NCBI GenBank assembly: GCA_051362555.1
Contig: CM120642.1
Location: forward strand, 27,838,001-27,902,000
Direction: 5' to 3'
DNA: 64,000 bases
DNA from: Lingula anatina
Lineage: Eukaryota > Animalia > Brachiopoda
The position numbers and the translations under genes are program-made. The notes beneath the pieces were generated by a model that was given only the letters and a program-made list of their open reading frames with translations, did no database searches and was not told where the DNA came from. Below are positions 50,601 to 62,897 of this stretch, piece after piece (within the stretch, counting starts at the first letter, position 1; each line of letters opens with the position of its first letter).

Positions 50601-51276
50601 GTGTTCTCGGAAACCGCGGCACTGTCATATGCATCTTCAGCCATTGTGTTATCGACAGAACAACAAAGCAAGGCATATATGCTTAGTACTCTGCACACGA
50701 AAACAACATTAACAGCTACGGCTGAAGTACCAAGGGACCCGTCGCACACACTTGGCGTCCAAGCAAGCATGACATCTTCAGTATATTCTACAGCATCACC
50801 AACATCTTTTGCACTGCCATACGTTGAAAATTCCAGCCCAGAACCGTGTTTTTTATATCCTGTAAATTGTCATGATTGGGAGATAAGCGCAACGGAGACG
50901 GCATCAGCACAATTAACAACAAGCGCGTCAGGAGGTAAGATATTTATATTTTCTTGACATTTTAAACTTAAAAGTGTTAAATAACATTATTGAAATTTTA
51001 AACTTAAAAGTGTTAAATAACATTATTGAAATATAAAGCGAAGGCAGTCACTTGATAACTTGTTACCAACATATTTTGATTCAGATATCTGTACAAATAA
51101 TTTCCAAAACGGTAAATCTAATTATTTGGGGGAGTCTGGGAGAAGATGTTTATTTGGCAAAAGAAATATATATATGGTTCGGTGGTCAATGTAGAAATTA
51201 CTTCAATTAACGTAAGGCCACACTTTTTTAATTTTATGGATGACATCCTGCGCGCGCACGGATTTTCGCCCGTTCT

Positions 51277-51309
<33 letters not shown>

Positions 51310-53033
51310 CCCCAGCCCCCAACGAAGTCGGTTGTCTCAAACGTCGTTATTGAATGTCAGGAAATGAGCTTTCTGCGCATGCGTATTATCGCCACGTGGA
51401 AATGCGTCCTCTTTGCCGTCAAATTCATCTCTAGGATTACTTTCAAATTACACAACAATAAAAGTCATAAAGAGAACGGGCGCCATCGTTTTGGATTGGT
51501 ATGCCATTGATATTGGGCATGGAGATATCACCTTTTTACAATTGTGCGAAAGGCTGGCGGCGGCCGAAACATTTCTGTGACATTCTGTATAAAGCAGCAC
51601 ATTAATACCAGGTTTTCTGTAGCGAAAAAAGGGTCAACAAGGGCGTCGAGGTATTTGGTGGGCTGAAGGTCGGACAGGCCACCTGACGGTTTAGCTGCTT
51701 CGTGTGAGTTGAAGTTGACAAAATGGCATCGTCTGAAATGACCTTTAATAGATTTGGTAGTATTAAGCATATCTTTGCATCATTTTTTAAACATTTCTGT
51801 GAAGTGTTCAAAATGTTTTAATATTCTGAGAATACAAATAAAGACACACTGTTTGATTGATATTTGTTTTATTGATTGCTATACCAAATGAATGCATGAA
51901 ATAACCTGAAATAGATTTGGTAATATGAAGTATATCAATTCATGACTTTTTTTACTTTTCTACGACGTATTCACATTGCTTTAATATTTTGAGAGCATGG
52001 ATAAAGACATATTGTTAGTTTGATACGTGTTTCTGTGGTTAAATTTGTGTTTCCAGCTGTGTACTGACAGCATTCCTTTACTTAAGGAATTTTTTTTTTT
52101 TTTTTTTTTGGACTGTTTTTTTTTTTTTTTCGCCCTCTCGCACCGATTTTGGGGTACTCAGAGGATGTCATCCATAAAAATAAAAAAGTGTGGCCTAATG
52201 TAATGCCAAGGTAGAAATTACTAAAGATAATGTTTCATTTCTTTTATTTTCGGGTTTCAATAGATGTTTTCTGTCAGCCGACGCCGGAAGTACATGCTAC
52301 CTTCAACAACGGCTCTGGCCTACACCCTATGGCCGCAGGCACCGTCGTCATGTATTGGTGTTTAGATAACACATCATTTATCAATGGGGAGTTTCAGCGC
52401 ACCGTTCACTGCACAGAGCAAGGTGTCTGGAGCAAAGAAATACCACCATGTGTAGGTACGTCATCGAGGCTGTTTGGCACTCACTGACAAAAATGTCGAT
52501 CTATCTCAAGAAGGATTTATAAGAATAAATAAATAAATAAAGCTAATGAATGACTAACGCAGAAAAATCTTTAACTATCACTAAGTGGTGTTTGAAACAT
52601 TTTCTCATCTTGTTTTAAAGTCTGCAGTGATTTTTTTGTACTCTAATTGTAATGAAAATTCGCATATTCGCAGTTTCGCCAGAACCACAAATTGAATTTA
52701 AAGTATTTTCTTTTTTTTTCAGATATATCATTGGTTGCAAATATGAAAGTGGTAAAAGCACCTAAACGCAAATATTCCCAGAATCCCTTGGAAGCTCCTG
52801 GCGCTGCCATAATCGGGTCGTTTGGGTTGTCATGCTTGTTGGGAATCGTGTTAGGAATCGTTGCGTGGGATTTATCAACAATCCATCGTCAGCTGAAAGT
52901 AATGCTGAGGAACCTGACGTACCTAAGGAGAGTCCGAAAGCGACGCCTTAAACAAAATCGAGTAAGACAGGAATTTGTAGAAGCAAACGTTGTCCAACAT
53001 GGGAATAACTACATGCTGATAACAGATATCTGA
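47686..53033 (+). CDS. Type I membrane protein: signal peptide, two LamG/ConA-like domains, Ser/Thr-rich stalk, one sushi (CCP) domain, TM helix, basic tail; exons ~47686-47773, 48460-49260, 49562-50287, 50470-50934, 52264-52455, 52723-53033
   Basis: All introns are phase 1 with GT-AG. Two repeats start (P)xxLxPL...D(V/L)(T/S)G and end F(R/M)G(R/K)M(S/A)C(L/F)Q(L/V)YD. Sushi C...VMYWC...HC...WSKEIPPC. Hydrophobic AAIIGSFGLSCLLGIVLGIVAW is followed by an Arg/Lys-rich segment. Confidence 0.82.
51216..52195. mobile_element. Non-autonomous PIF/Harbinger-type DNA transposon (980 bp) in an intron
   Basis: About 34-bp TIR GGCCACACTTTTTTA(A/T)TTTTATGGATGACATCCT with one mismatch; TAA on both flanks (51213-15, 52196-98); no transposase ORF. 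Confidence 0.88.
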
Positions 53034-53390
53034 ATCAAATGTGTTGGTTACAAGTTACAATAATGACATAAAATATATTCTTTCCATCAATATTTTATCT
53101 ATATATATTGATGGCCTTTTATTGAGAACCGCCGAGACAAAGCGGTGTACAGGGTTGACATTAGTTACTTGTTATAGTTACCCCTATCTTCATTTTTAGG
53201 ACAGTTATATCATGAGAAAAAAATAAGAGAACATATTCAGTCCACTTTGTACTGTGGAAAAAATCTCCATGTTGTCAAGACAGTTGGCATCGGACAAAAA
53301 CCAAGTGAAACCTATTTGTTGTAATGTATTTTTTTACATATTCTTTGGATGACTCATCTAAAAAGGTTTTCATACCCTGAGTTTCAGATA

Positions 53391-55045
53391 CAGACTTGAC
53401 ATTTAATATGGAATATTTCAGTTTCGAAGGTATGCCTAGGTAAAAATGCATTCTTTTTTCAAAAAAATCCGATCTCATATAAGATATGTGAATGGAGAAG
53501 TGTGTAGTCAGGTGTGTCGCATCCAATTAACTGAATACCAGGTTAGTTGCGCTGCTGCATTATGTAATATGCAGGGATTTAATTGGGTAGTGCTCCTTTG
53601 GGCAGGTCAAATCTTGGCTTTGGCAAAGCATGGTTCTGTCAAAAAAGTATCCATATGTCGGCAACTACTGCATAGAAGAATTTGAAATTTTGCATGCAGG
53701 TGGTCGGTTTTGCAAGGTGTAAGATGAGCTATGCAGTGCTCTGCATATTTGTTTATCTGTGGCAGAATGGCGCGAAAAAGACAGACATTGCCAGATAATT
53801 GCGCCAAACGAAACGGTCCGCACAGTTTTATAGAGTAATGCCCAGACTGATGTACCTACACAGAGGCCACAACCAACGTATTGAAATCTTACCACCAGGG
53901 TACAGGACCCACTGTCTGTCGGGATATGCTATTGCAACTACACAAAACCACCCAGTCCGTTCAGATTGAGGGGTAAATTGCCACCAAAACGCATTTTTCA
54001 AGGCCCTTAGCGAACACCAAACTGGTTTTAGCTGGTTAGAATACCAGACGACCTCAGGGGAACCCACTGTAAGCAGCAAAACATCGTTGTATGTTTCTCT
54101 AATGAATTGGGGACCCTGATCGTTTCTGAGTTGATCACTGAAACTTCGTGACTTTCTTTATTGAGGTCAGATTTCACCAGTACCGCTCAACCAGTCAAAA
54201 CAGAGTTTACAGACATCCAGAAGAGGCCAACGACTAAGCGTGTGCCGCGTCTAAAGTGACTAAGGTCATTAACAGCGTCAGTAATTGGAGTGGATACCAC
54301 ATTGGTGCCAAAACACCAATGATGGTCATCCACGAAAACCTGAACCAGATCAAATAAAGGAATAATCTGAGAACCACTTGACTATCATTTGATAGGGGGC
54401 ACCTTAGGGACAATTTTAGGTTGCACGGTGGAATTCCCGGTACACACATAGCACTTTTAATAGCAGATTACTTACAAAACCAAGGGAATGAGCAGCTACC
54501 TTGGTAATCAAAATCGCCATATTTGAACCACATAGACCATATGTGGGTAGGCCATTACTCGCCGAATCAATGGCCTACATGTCCTACAACAAAACTGGAC
54601 CAAATTGGACAGATTTTGACCGATGCATGGAATGTTATCCCAGATTGAACTCTAAAAACCTAACCCAAGGAATGCCTTGTCACTTGAGAGCGCTGGTAGC
54701 AAACAGAAGAGGTCAAGCGTAACAGCGACCGTTACTGTGACTAGACACTGACATGGGGGTTCTTTGTGAGGCGTGTATCTCTTTTACAGAAAACAATTTG
54801 GAAAATATGGTGATCCAAAATATCTCTTTTAATTGTTGTCGTATGACATAGAATAGGCAATGTGTTTTTGTTTGCTTCTCTGGCGAATTCCACTAATGAA
54901 CTGATGTCACAATGACATCAAAGAGATAATTAAAAGTTATTAAAACACAATTTTAATCCTTATTTTCATTTATCAGTCAGCAAAATAGAAAAAAACTGAT
55001 GAAAAATGATTTGGAAAAAATATTCCATATTAAATGTCAAGTCTG
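53391..55045 (+). mobile_element. Tc1/mariner (Tc1-like) transposon, 1655 bp, decayed transposase
   Basis: Perfect 28-bp TIR CAGACTTGACATTTAATATGGAATATTT with TA flanks. Internal remnants ADYLQNQGNEQLPW*SKSPYLNHIDHMW (cf. WPSxSPDLNPIEHxW) and NLTQGMPCHLRALVANRRG (cf. SMPRRxxAVIxAxGG), interrupted by stops and frameshifts. Confidence 0.9.
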
Positions 55046-55495
55046 TATTACCGGAGACTCGCCTCTGCCATCAGCATGCCTTCGCCGTTTCCATTTACGT
55101 TATTATTTATTTCTGAAATACAGGGTGCGAGAACCCACATAGAACAATGTTACTGTTGACGTCCAGGTGTCCATGTCCCATTGTGTCCTGACTATTGACT
55201 TGAAGCTAAGATTCTGCATTAAACCTTATCAAATAATCTCCGTGATGTTTCACAAGAGGGTATCCATTGCACCTACCCATCGCTTAAGGACCATTAACAT
55301 AAATTAATTAATTAACATTAATTAATTGAATTTGGCGACGGTCAATCTTACATTTTTCAGCAAATAAAACGTTTTTGAAATTGTTTGGTGAGATAAGGAT
55401 TTAGATTTAGACTAATTGAAAGAGGAGAGGCTTGACTCAGTAGATTATGGAATGAACTCCGCCTCAAGTCCACCCCTGCCCACACATCCAATTAA

Positions 55496-55714
55496 AACCC
55501 CTTTACACTGGACGGTGTCCATTTTTGCATCCTTTGTGCGACAATGAAACTGGCATCGCTGTGGTCGTAGGAAGGAAGCACAAAAATCTCTTTGGCTGCC
55601 GAATTAATGCTTAATGATCGGCCAGTTGTCGGCAAGTAAAATATTATTTTTTTTATTCTCAAACGGGGCCACACTACGGGACGCAGAGAGGACGCTGTCC
55701 AGTGTAAAGGGGGC
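55496..55714 (+). mobile_element. MITE copy 1 (219 bp), TTAA on both flanks
   Basis: TIR CCCCTTTACACTGGAC(G/A)G(T/C)GTCC at both ends; TTAA at 55492-95 and 55715-18. Confidence 0.85.
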
Positions 55715-55724
55715 TTAATGGACT

Positions 55725-55871
55725 ATACCAATGTCACATTGGCCGTGGGTATAATCGGATTCGCTCCTACGCGCTAACGTACGTCTTTATATATTGGGCT
55801 TCAAGATAAATCCGCGCACAGGACGGGCACAAGCACAAGGGCACAAACCCAAGAAGAGCGAACTTACAAAG
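55725..55871 (+). promoter_or_regulatory. Core promoter and non-coding first exon of the YHYH gene
   Basis: CCAAT/ATTGG motifs, TATA-like TTTATATA at ~55786, donor AAG|gtacgt at 55871/2, and acceptor tttttcag 5 nt before the ATG at 56166. Confidence 0.55.
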
Positions 55872-56165
55872 GTACGTTTAGTTTCATAAATTATTAAAAT
55901 AAGAACGCATATTTTCCATTCATTGACTTAACAGTATATTGTTCCAAAATAATTCTCATGGTATACTAACTTAACCCTCTGGGTGACATACTATGATTTT
56001 ATCATTTCAGTGGATATACATTTGATAATAAATAACAATTGTTCTTCAAAGCAGCTACGATCAATTCGTGCCGATTTCCCAATCTTAGTTCTATTTTCGT
56101 TGTTTCCACGCCTAACCAGCCCTTGCGAAATAAAACATTTGAAGTTGACTAATTTTTCAGTTGCC

Positions 56166-57248
56166 ATGCATACCCTAGCTGTCTTTGCTTGTGTCGTTGG
56201 CGTTTGCGCCGCTCTCACCAACAAAGAAATCGCTCAGTTCGTGAATGGCGTAAAGATTACGAGCACCACCAGCTCCCACAAGATCAGCGCCACTGGTATG
56301 CCCGAGCACACACCAGGAAATGTCAACCCTAACGACGCCAAGGCGCAAAATTACAACTTTAACATACCCAAGAAACCGACCTACGGAAGCAAAGGCGGCT
56401 GCCTCCCTATGGGTATTATCGGTGTGACCATTCAGGGGGTCGGAATCTTTAACCCCTTGACCGCTGAGGCATGCGATGCTGTTTTGGTGGAGAAAATGGA
56501 CAAGTGTAACGGCCACCCCGACATGAGAGGCGCCTACCACCATCACGGAGTCCCAACATGCCTAGTCAATGGAACCGCCGATCAGTTTATTGGTTTCGCA
56601 TTGGACGGGTTCCCAATCTACGGAGCAATGGCCTCTGACCTGAAACGCGAGGTCACTGCCGACGACCTTGATGAATGTCACGGCCGTGAGGTCAAGGGTA
56701 AATACAGATATCACGTGACCAAGGAGTGGCCTTACTTTTTGGGTTGCTTCAAAGGTGCCGCCAATAGACAGCAAGGGTTCATGGGCTCACAGGCGTGGTG
56801 CACTAACACCAAAGGTAAAGTCAATAGACCATTTTTCAAGTTACTGTACCAATATGTATAGAAAACTTTAAAGGAATCTAAAAGAATCAACATTTCATAT
56901 GTAAAAAAGGTGAAAAAAGTTCGTTTAAGAATTTTACCGATGCCAAAATCACGATGACAAAGGCAAGATGTAAAATTAATTTGTGTCCCTGAGCAAATTC
57001 ATAAATCATTTTGAAAATAACCACTTTCAGCCACTCACATGTGTTCCTGCAAGGATCGTAAAGTGTTCAAGAAATCCCCAGGCAGAACCGATGCTTGTCC
57101 CGAAAGACCACAGCGTCCGAATGGCAACGGCGGTCCCAACGCTGGGACCAATAACAATGGTGCTACCAGGCGTCCTCACAGACCAGGTGGTGGCTCGAGA
57201 CCTATGAGACCATTTAGACCCGGTCCAGGCACACTTGTTGGCTTCTAA
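56166..57248 (+). CDS. Secreted YHYH-domain protein with Gly/Pro/Arg-rich tail; exons 56166-56814, 57031-57248; 288 aa
   Basis: Signal MHTLAVFACVVGVCAA. Motifs GIIGVTIQGVGIFNP, DKCNGHP...GAYHHHG, IGFALDGFPIYG, DLDECHG...YRYHVTKEWPYFLGCFKG match the YHYH family. Phase-1 intron G|gtaaag...ttcag|CC; AATAAA ~57308. Confidence 0.88.
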
Positions 57249-58798
57249 TTTGAAGAGTGTCATGTTGATAAATTTCTCCGTTTTACTTTAATGTAGAACA
57301 GTTACCAAATAAAATTTTTCTTTGCAATATAAGCTCACCTGGTACAGAATAATTGAAATTTCGTCTTCCTACATACATGGACTATCCAAACATCTGGGAA
57401 CTGGCAAACCGAGTTAGTGATACTGTTACATGCCTAATTGCAGTATGGTATCGCAGTGACACTTTTATTCAACGTTATAATCTAATTTTAAGTATTAAAA
57501 TACTTAATTGGTGCATAATTCGTTAATATCACAAAATTTTACTTGATAGCCTACGTGTGACAGCCCAGTTGTGAAGCACGTATTTACTAGGGAAGATCGG
57601 GTGCTGAAAACCATTATAAAATATAACTATAAAACACGTTTTTTCATTAAAAATTTAGGGGTTTTCACACGTGTAGCGTTGTCAAACATAAATCAACATG
57701 AAATACTGACCCTGAATGCGTCCAGTTTTATTTTATAGTGAAACACTTCAATTCTCTTTCTTCAGAATTTTACCTTTTAAAGACCCCCCCAATTAATTCG
57801 GCTGAATGGATGTAACTAGAATGGAGAACGGTTTATTACTTGTTGCCGAGAGAGATCCTTGTAAGGTTTGCCATTATGCCGAGAAAGACCTTAAAATGCC
57901 TTCCCTAAAAATTCAATTATCCACCCCTACCCCACCCCACTCCTCAATACAAGCGACCATATAAATTATTTCATATCATGCAAAAAAAATTGTATCAGTA
58001 GGCAAGATTCAAAATATTTTGGCAGATTTTTCATGTCAAAGCTTGTCGTTTTATTTCCATACTCGCAGAACATTGTACTGTATTCGTAAAACTAAATCAC
58101 ATAGGCACGCTGAATGCGATTGTATGTCATAACTCTTATACCACAGTGACGCGAACAAACACAAACATCCTTAATAACAACCACTGACAGTGAAAAAGCT
58201 CTAAATTTACTATTTGGAAAATTTGATTTCACAACTGTAATTAATCAAATGATGTGCTATCATTAATTGTTCGACAGCCAGGCTGGTACAAAGTAGTAAG
58301 AAAAGAAAAGATCTCAGCATTCACTTCCAACATTTAACCAAAACCCCAGATATTCACAAAATGGGAGTGAAAATAGATCCATTAATTAAAGAAAATCACA
58401 CATATCGGAACTTATTTTGAATAGATAATAGATAATACGCCTATCACAGACGTTGGAAGAAAAATTCTAAATTTATAACGAAAAGAATGTAAGCAAAGGT
58501 TCCATCTACCTATTAAAATAAATATAGCAGACCTATAATCACTGAGATGACTTAAGGCAAATCTTAACATGTGTATATGATATGATTCTGTTCTTGATTT
58601 CAAGATAAAAAATTTCAAGGTTGTGACAAGTAAAAAAGTGAGCAAATATTCAAGTACAAAAATATCTGATTGTCAGAAAAAGTTTGGAACTTTCTTTGGT
58701 ATCAAAAACATTAACACAACAGAACAAACTACTAAAATAAGGAGTAATTACTATAGGAATACCATATTGCATTCTGTGACTTCGTGGCATAGCCGAAA

Positions 58799-59011
58799 GC
58801 CCCCTTTACACTGGATGGCGTCCTTTCTGTGTCCGTAGGACGGTCCCATTTGAGAGTAAAAAATTACTTTACCTGCCAACAACTGGCCAGTCATCGAGCA
58901 TTCATTCTGCAACCAAAGCGATGCTTGTTCCTCCTTTCTACAACCATAGCGATGCCAGTTTCATGGTCGCACAAAAGACGCAGAAAGGTTGCCATCCTGT
59001 GTAAATGGGTT
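58799..59011 (-). mobile_element. MITE copy 2, same family as 55496-55714, opposite orientation
   Basis: Its reverse complement aligns along the whole length (e.g. AGCGATGCCAGTTTCAT-GTCGCACAAA, CAACTGGCC). TTAA at the outer end (59012-15). Confidence 0.85.
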
Positions 59012-60186
59012 TTAAACACATGGTGTATAAATAAAGCTATACTATAAAGATATCTACAAAGATAAAGAAACATTGCAGTCAACCTGGGCAATATTGAGCA
59101 CGTTTCACAGTTCACTATTCAGTAGTTTGTACATACAGTACAAAAAAGGCTTATGATCTAAACCAGCAGTTACCATATCTAAGATGGTGCTTAATTTTTG
59201 AAAAAACCATTACTTAAAATATCTTTAGCATAACAAAAGTGAAAACACTATCCAACCTAAAAGGTTATCTTTGGTAATACAATACCTGGATTTAAAATAA
59301 TATAGCTATAAAAATATATACTGTAAAAGCATTGGGATACAACTGATCTAATGCTCTGGAACAATATCATTTGTTCTGAAGTACACCTGTACAGTAAAAA
59401 TATGGACCGATTTGAAGGAGGGAATCACATTCATAAAGCAGGTTATTTTTCAGCCACTGGCATGCTAGGCATGCATTTAAATAGAAGGAAAGAGACAGAA
59501 TATGTAAAGTATTATTGTTCATGTTTGTCTGTTGATGAACTAGTTAATATAATATATATAATATACATAAGATATGGACCAACAGTGGCCATTTAAGGAG
59601 TCCCGAACCTTCAAAAACACTCTCTCTCTATTTATGTATACAATCTACTCTTACATTCTGACAATATTGTCTTATCATAAATTCATATTAATAACAGGGA
59701 CAACCCTCCAAAAGAGAATTTATGTAACAGTGACACAGCAAAAACACACATACAAAAAATATTCTTTTGATGGTGGGAATGGGAATTTAACTATTTTACA
59801 TAATTTTTTACAAGGCTAATTAGTTGGCACACAATTTACATGATGGTGGGTGGGCATTCCTTTAAATGTAATTTGTAATTTACACACTAACTTACTATAT
59901 GATTTGTTTGATTAGCTAAAACAGATCAATGGCATACGTTATTTGTGGATGAAACCTTGTTATATATTACATTATTCATAAATCACCTTAAGGTGCCATG
60001 AATTCCATATTATGTACAATTTATCATACTACAGCACTGGTCCTCTTATCTTTCCCTAGATTATTTTATGTCTAGTTCCGAGTTTAGTCTCACCATTCTT
60101 TGTCTTTTCTAATACTGTTCAGGATCTTTGTCAAATTTTTTCTTTCCTAATTGCCTCTTTGGTTCCAGTACCAGTGTTGTTGGCCT

Positions 60187-62865
60187 TTACTTATCTTCTG
60201 ATGTTTGGTCTCTTTTTTCTTTTATTTTTCTAGTCTGGTTTGCACCTTTATTCCCCTCTTTCTTCAGGTTTTCTCCAACTGGTGCACCAGAAGCTGATTC
60301 TCTTTCCTTTCTCTCCTTGATGGAGTTGATAACCAAGTCCATGCATGGCTTCAGTGGAGCCGGCTCCACCAAATCGCTACCTATAGATGTAAAAATAAAT
60401 ACCTTCAGAAGAATGAATGGATGAATAAATTCAGGGTTCATTAACAAATGAGCTGCAATTTGTCCGAGCATCTAAAATGAAAAAGCTTTTTTTTTTTTTA
60501 CTTCCAATGAACCTGGGTTTAAATATGTGAAGTATCATGATAAAGTAGAGCTTAAATTCTGAGCACAACCTTCATGTATTTTTTAATCCTTATAATATTA
60601 TTGCCACAAACTCCTTCAAATTTTAACTTATATTTACTGACCTAATACATAACCTTTCAGATGCCAAGTAAAGTTGACATATATTAGACACAAACACCCA
60701 CCATTCTTAGTCTTACCTTGGAGTTTCCATGCTTCTTCCCCATCTATAATGGGATTCATCCAGGTGGACTTCCTGCGGTTCTGAAGTCCTGTTGCCTCTG
60801 GTACATAAATTTGGAACGTCAACTCCAGCGCCTCCTCCTTGTGCAAGCCACGCTTGTTTTTCATGGATTTCCCTAAAAAGAGAAGGAAATATTATGAAAT
60901 ACACAATGACAAATAATACCTTTGTGAACTTAAACAGAAACACACCTACGTTTGTTTGTTAAAATTTCTCTTTATCTATGCTAATGGGTTATTCTCCTTG
61001 TTAAAGGCCTTGCACAAATCATATTTTGTCATGAACCCTACTCCTTACCACCCTCAGAAAGTGACTGCATAACTAATAAGATAATGCCATTCATATTCTA
61101 ATTGAGTTCACATTTCATAACCTGCTGCACTGAGACTTGTTATCTTTTTCCAAATTATACACTCTAAAATATTTGCTCACAGCACTCAAAAAGCCACAAA
61201 AAATGTAAAATTCTTATACATTCTGACATAAAAATATCTCCTAGCGACTGTACTACAAACCTCTGAAGACTGAATCCATTGCCTCATTTATCTCTGATTT
61301 GGCTGGGTACAGGTCACTTTCCTTGAAGTATTGAGGAATATCTTCCAGTTCCAGTTCCCCTCCAAATGAGATCTTGTCAAAAACACTCTCAAACCCTGAA
61401 AACAAAGAAATAGTATTCAATATCTGTAACTGTTTGTTCCCATGCCAAGAAAAATCTTGGTATGTTATAAATATTTGTAGGATCCCATGGTCTGTTTGTC
61501 ACAAAAATATTCCTTATCATGTCGCATCCACTTTCAACTTTTAATTTCAATTTAATTTCGATTTCACTTTTAATTTACTTTCAACCTAAAATATAAAAAA
61601 AAGGTCTAAATTTTATAAATAAATCTTTCTTCACTATCATTTTTCAATACTTACTTTTCTTTGACTCCATAAATTTCTGGATCTGTTTGAAATCAAATGG
61701 CGTTACAGGCTTGGGAACCCCATAGCGCTTCTGTATTCTACGCAGCAGGTCTTTGTAGTCTGTGATGAACTTATCCCAAGATCCCGAGTGCCAGATACCC
61801 TGGAAACAGCAATCTCTACTTTTATTTAAAAATCAAGGATGTGCCTTTCATGAGATTAAATGATAGAAAGTGGAACACTATTTTAACCAAATGCAGTCAT
61901 ATAAATGATATGAATTGTGAATGTTCATAATGTTTGTATCTACAAAAGCTTCTATCTTGAGCTTAGGTAATATCAAAATATTATACTTTACTTTTAAAAT
62001 TCTACTCTGGATGACTGCTAACGGTTTGTCACAAAAATAATCAAGTGCAATGATTCATACACGAAATCAACAAAAACGAGATATAACTAAATATCAGTGC
62101 CCAGTAAAATATGAATAATAATGCAGAGAAGAATATTATTGTCCTGGAGATCAAAAAGACGTAAAAGTGTAGAGTGTAAAAACTCTCAAGATAAGTATTC
62201 AATTCAACAAGAATTTTTTTGTGGCAAAAAATCCATGCAAACTTAAAACTGTGATGCAGACAGACTGGTCACATGAACATTTTAATGAACAATGCTGGCT
62301 CAGTTCTGAACAACTGAGTCACTGTTACACATAACACATATCACTCTCACTACTTACTGAAATCTAGAAAATTAAACAAAAATGGGATGAAAAATGTGAT
62401 AAACTTTCAACGTGTTTACATTTGCCTTCTCAAACATGCACATAAAAGTAAAAGCAACCTTCACCATCTATATGTTGTAGTGAGTACATACTAAGTCTAC
62501 TATTGCATCACTATACATGTATGTTACACATCTACATCTACAGTTGCATCCACTTAATTTGTTGGAATTGCAGTGAAGCTGGATATTTTTTCTTACATAA
62601 TAAGAACTGAAAAATTCCATAGATCTACCAAAGAAGCTACTAAAAACACAATCTGTTATTCTACAAAATCTAAATTATTACATTTTTATGAAGTACATGA
62701 AAATTATGAAAGTTTTGAAAAAAGTTTTGTTGAACCCACTCTTCTCTTCAAGGCATCCATCTGTCTTCTAACATTCCATCCCCGGAACATTTTCTGCAGT
62801 GTTATTGCAGCCTCTATGATCTGCTTCTTGTTAGGCCCAGTTTTCTTAGGGTGGAATGTGCTGAG

Positions 62866-62897
<32 letters not shown>

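Noticed and set aside
55983-56165. N-terminal extension of the YHYH ORF in the ORF track
   Set aside because: Intronic sequence upstream of an acceptor. The real start is ATG 56166, which begins a signal peptide.
56166-57248. Bacterial contamination as the source of the YHYH gene
   Set aside because: It has GT-AG introns, a polyA signal and eukaryotic transposons on both sides.
60105-60189. Stop-codon readthrough extension of IQCM (short open frame after TAA)
   Set aside because: TAA-A is a poor readthrough context, and a short purine-rich open frame is unremarkable.
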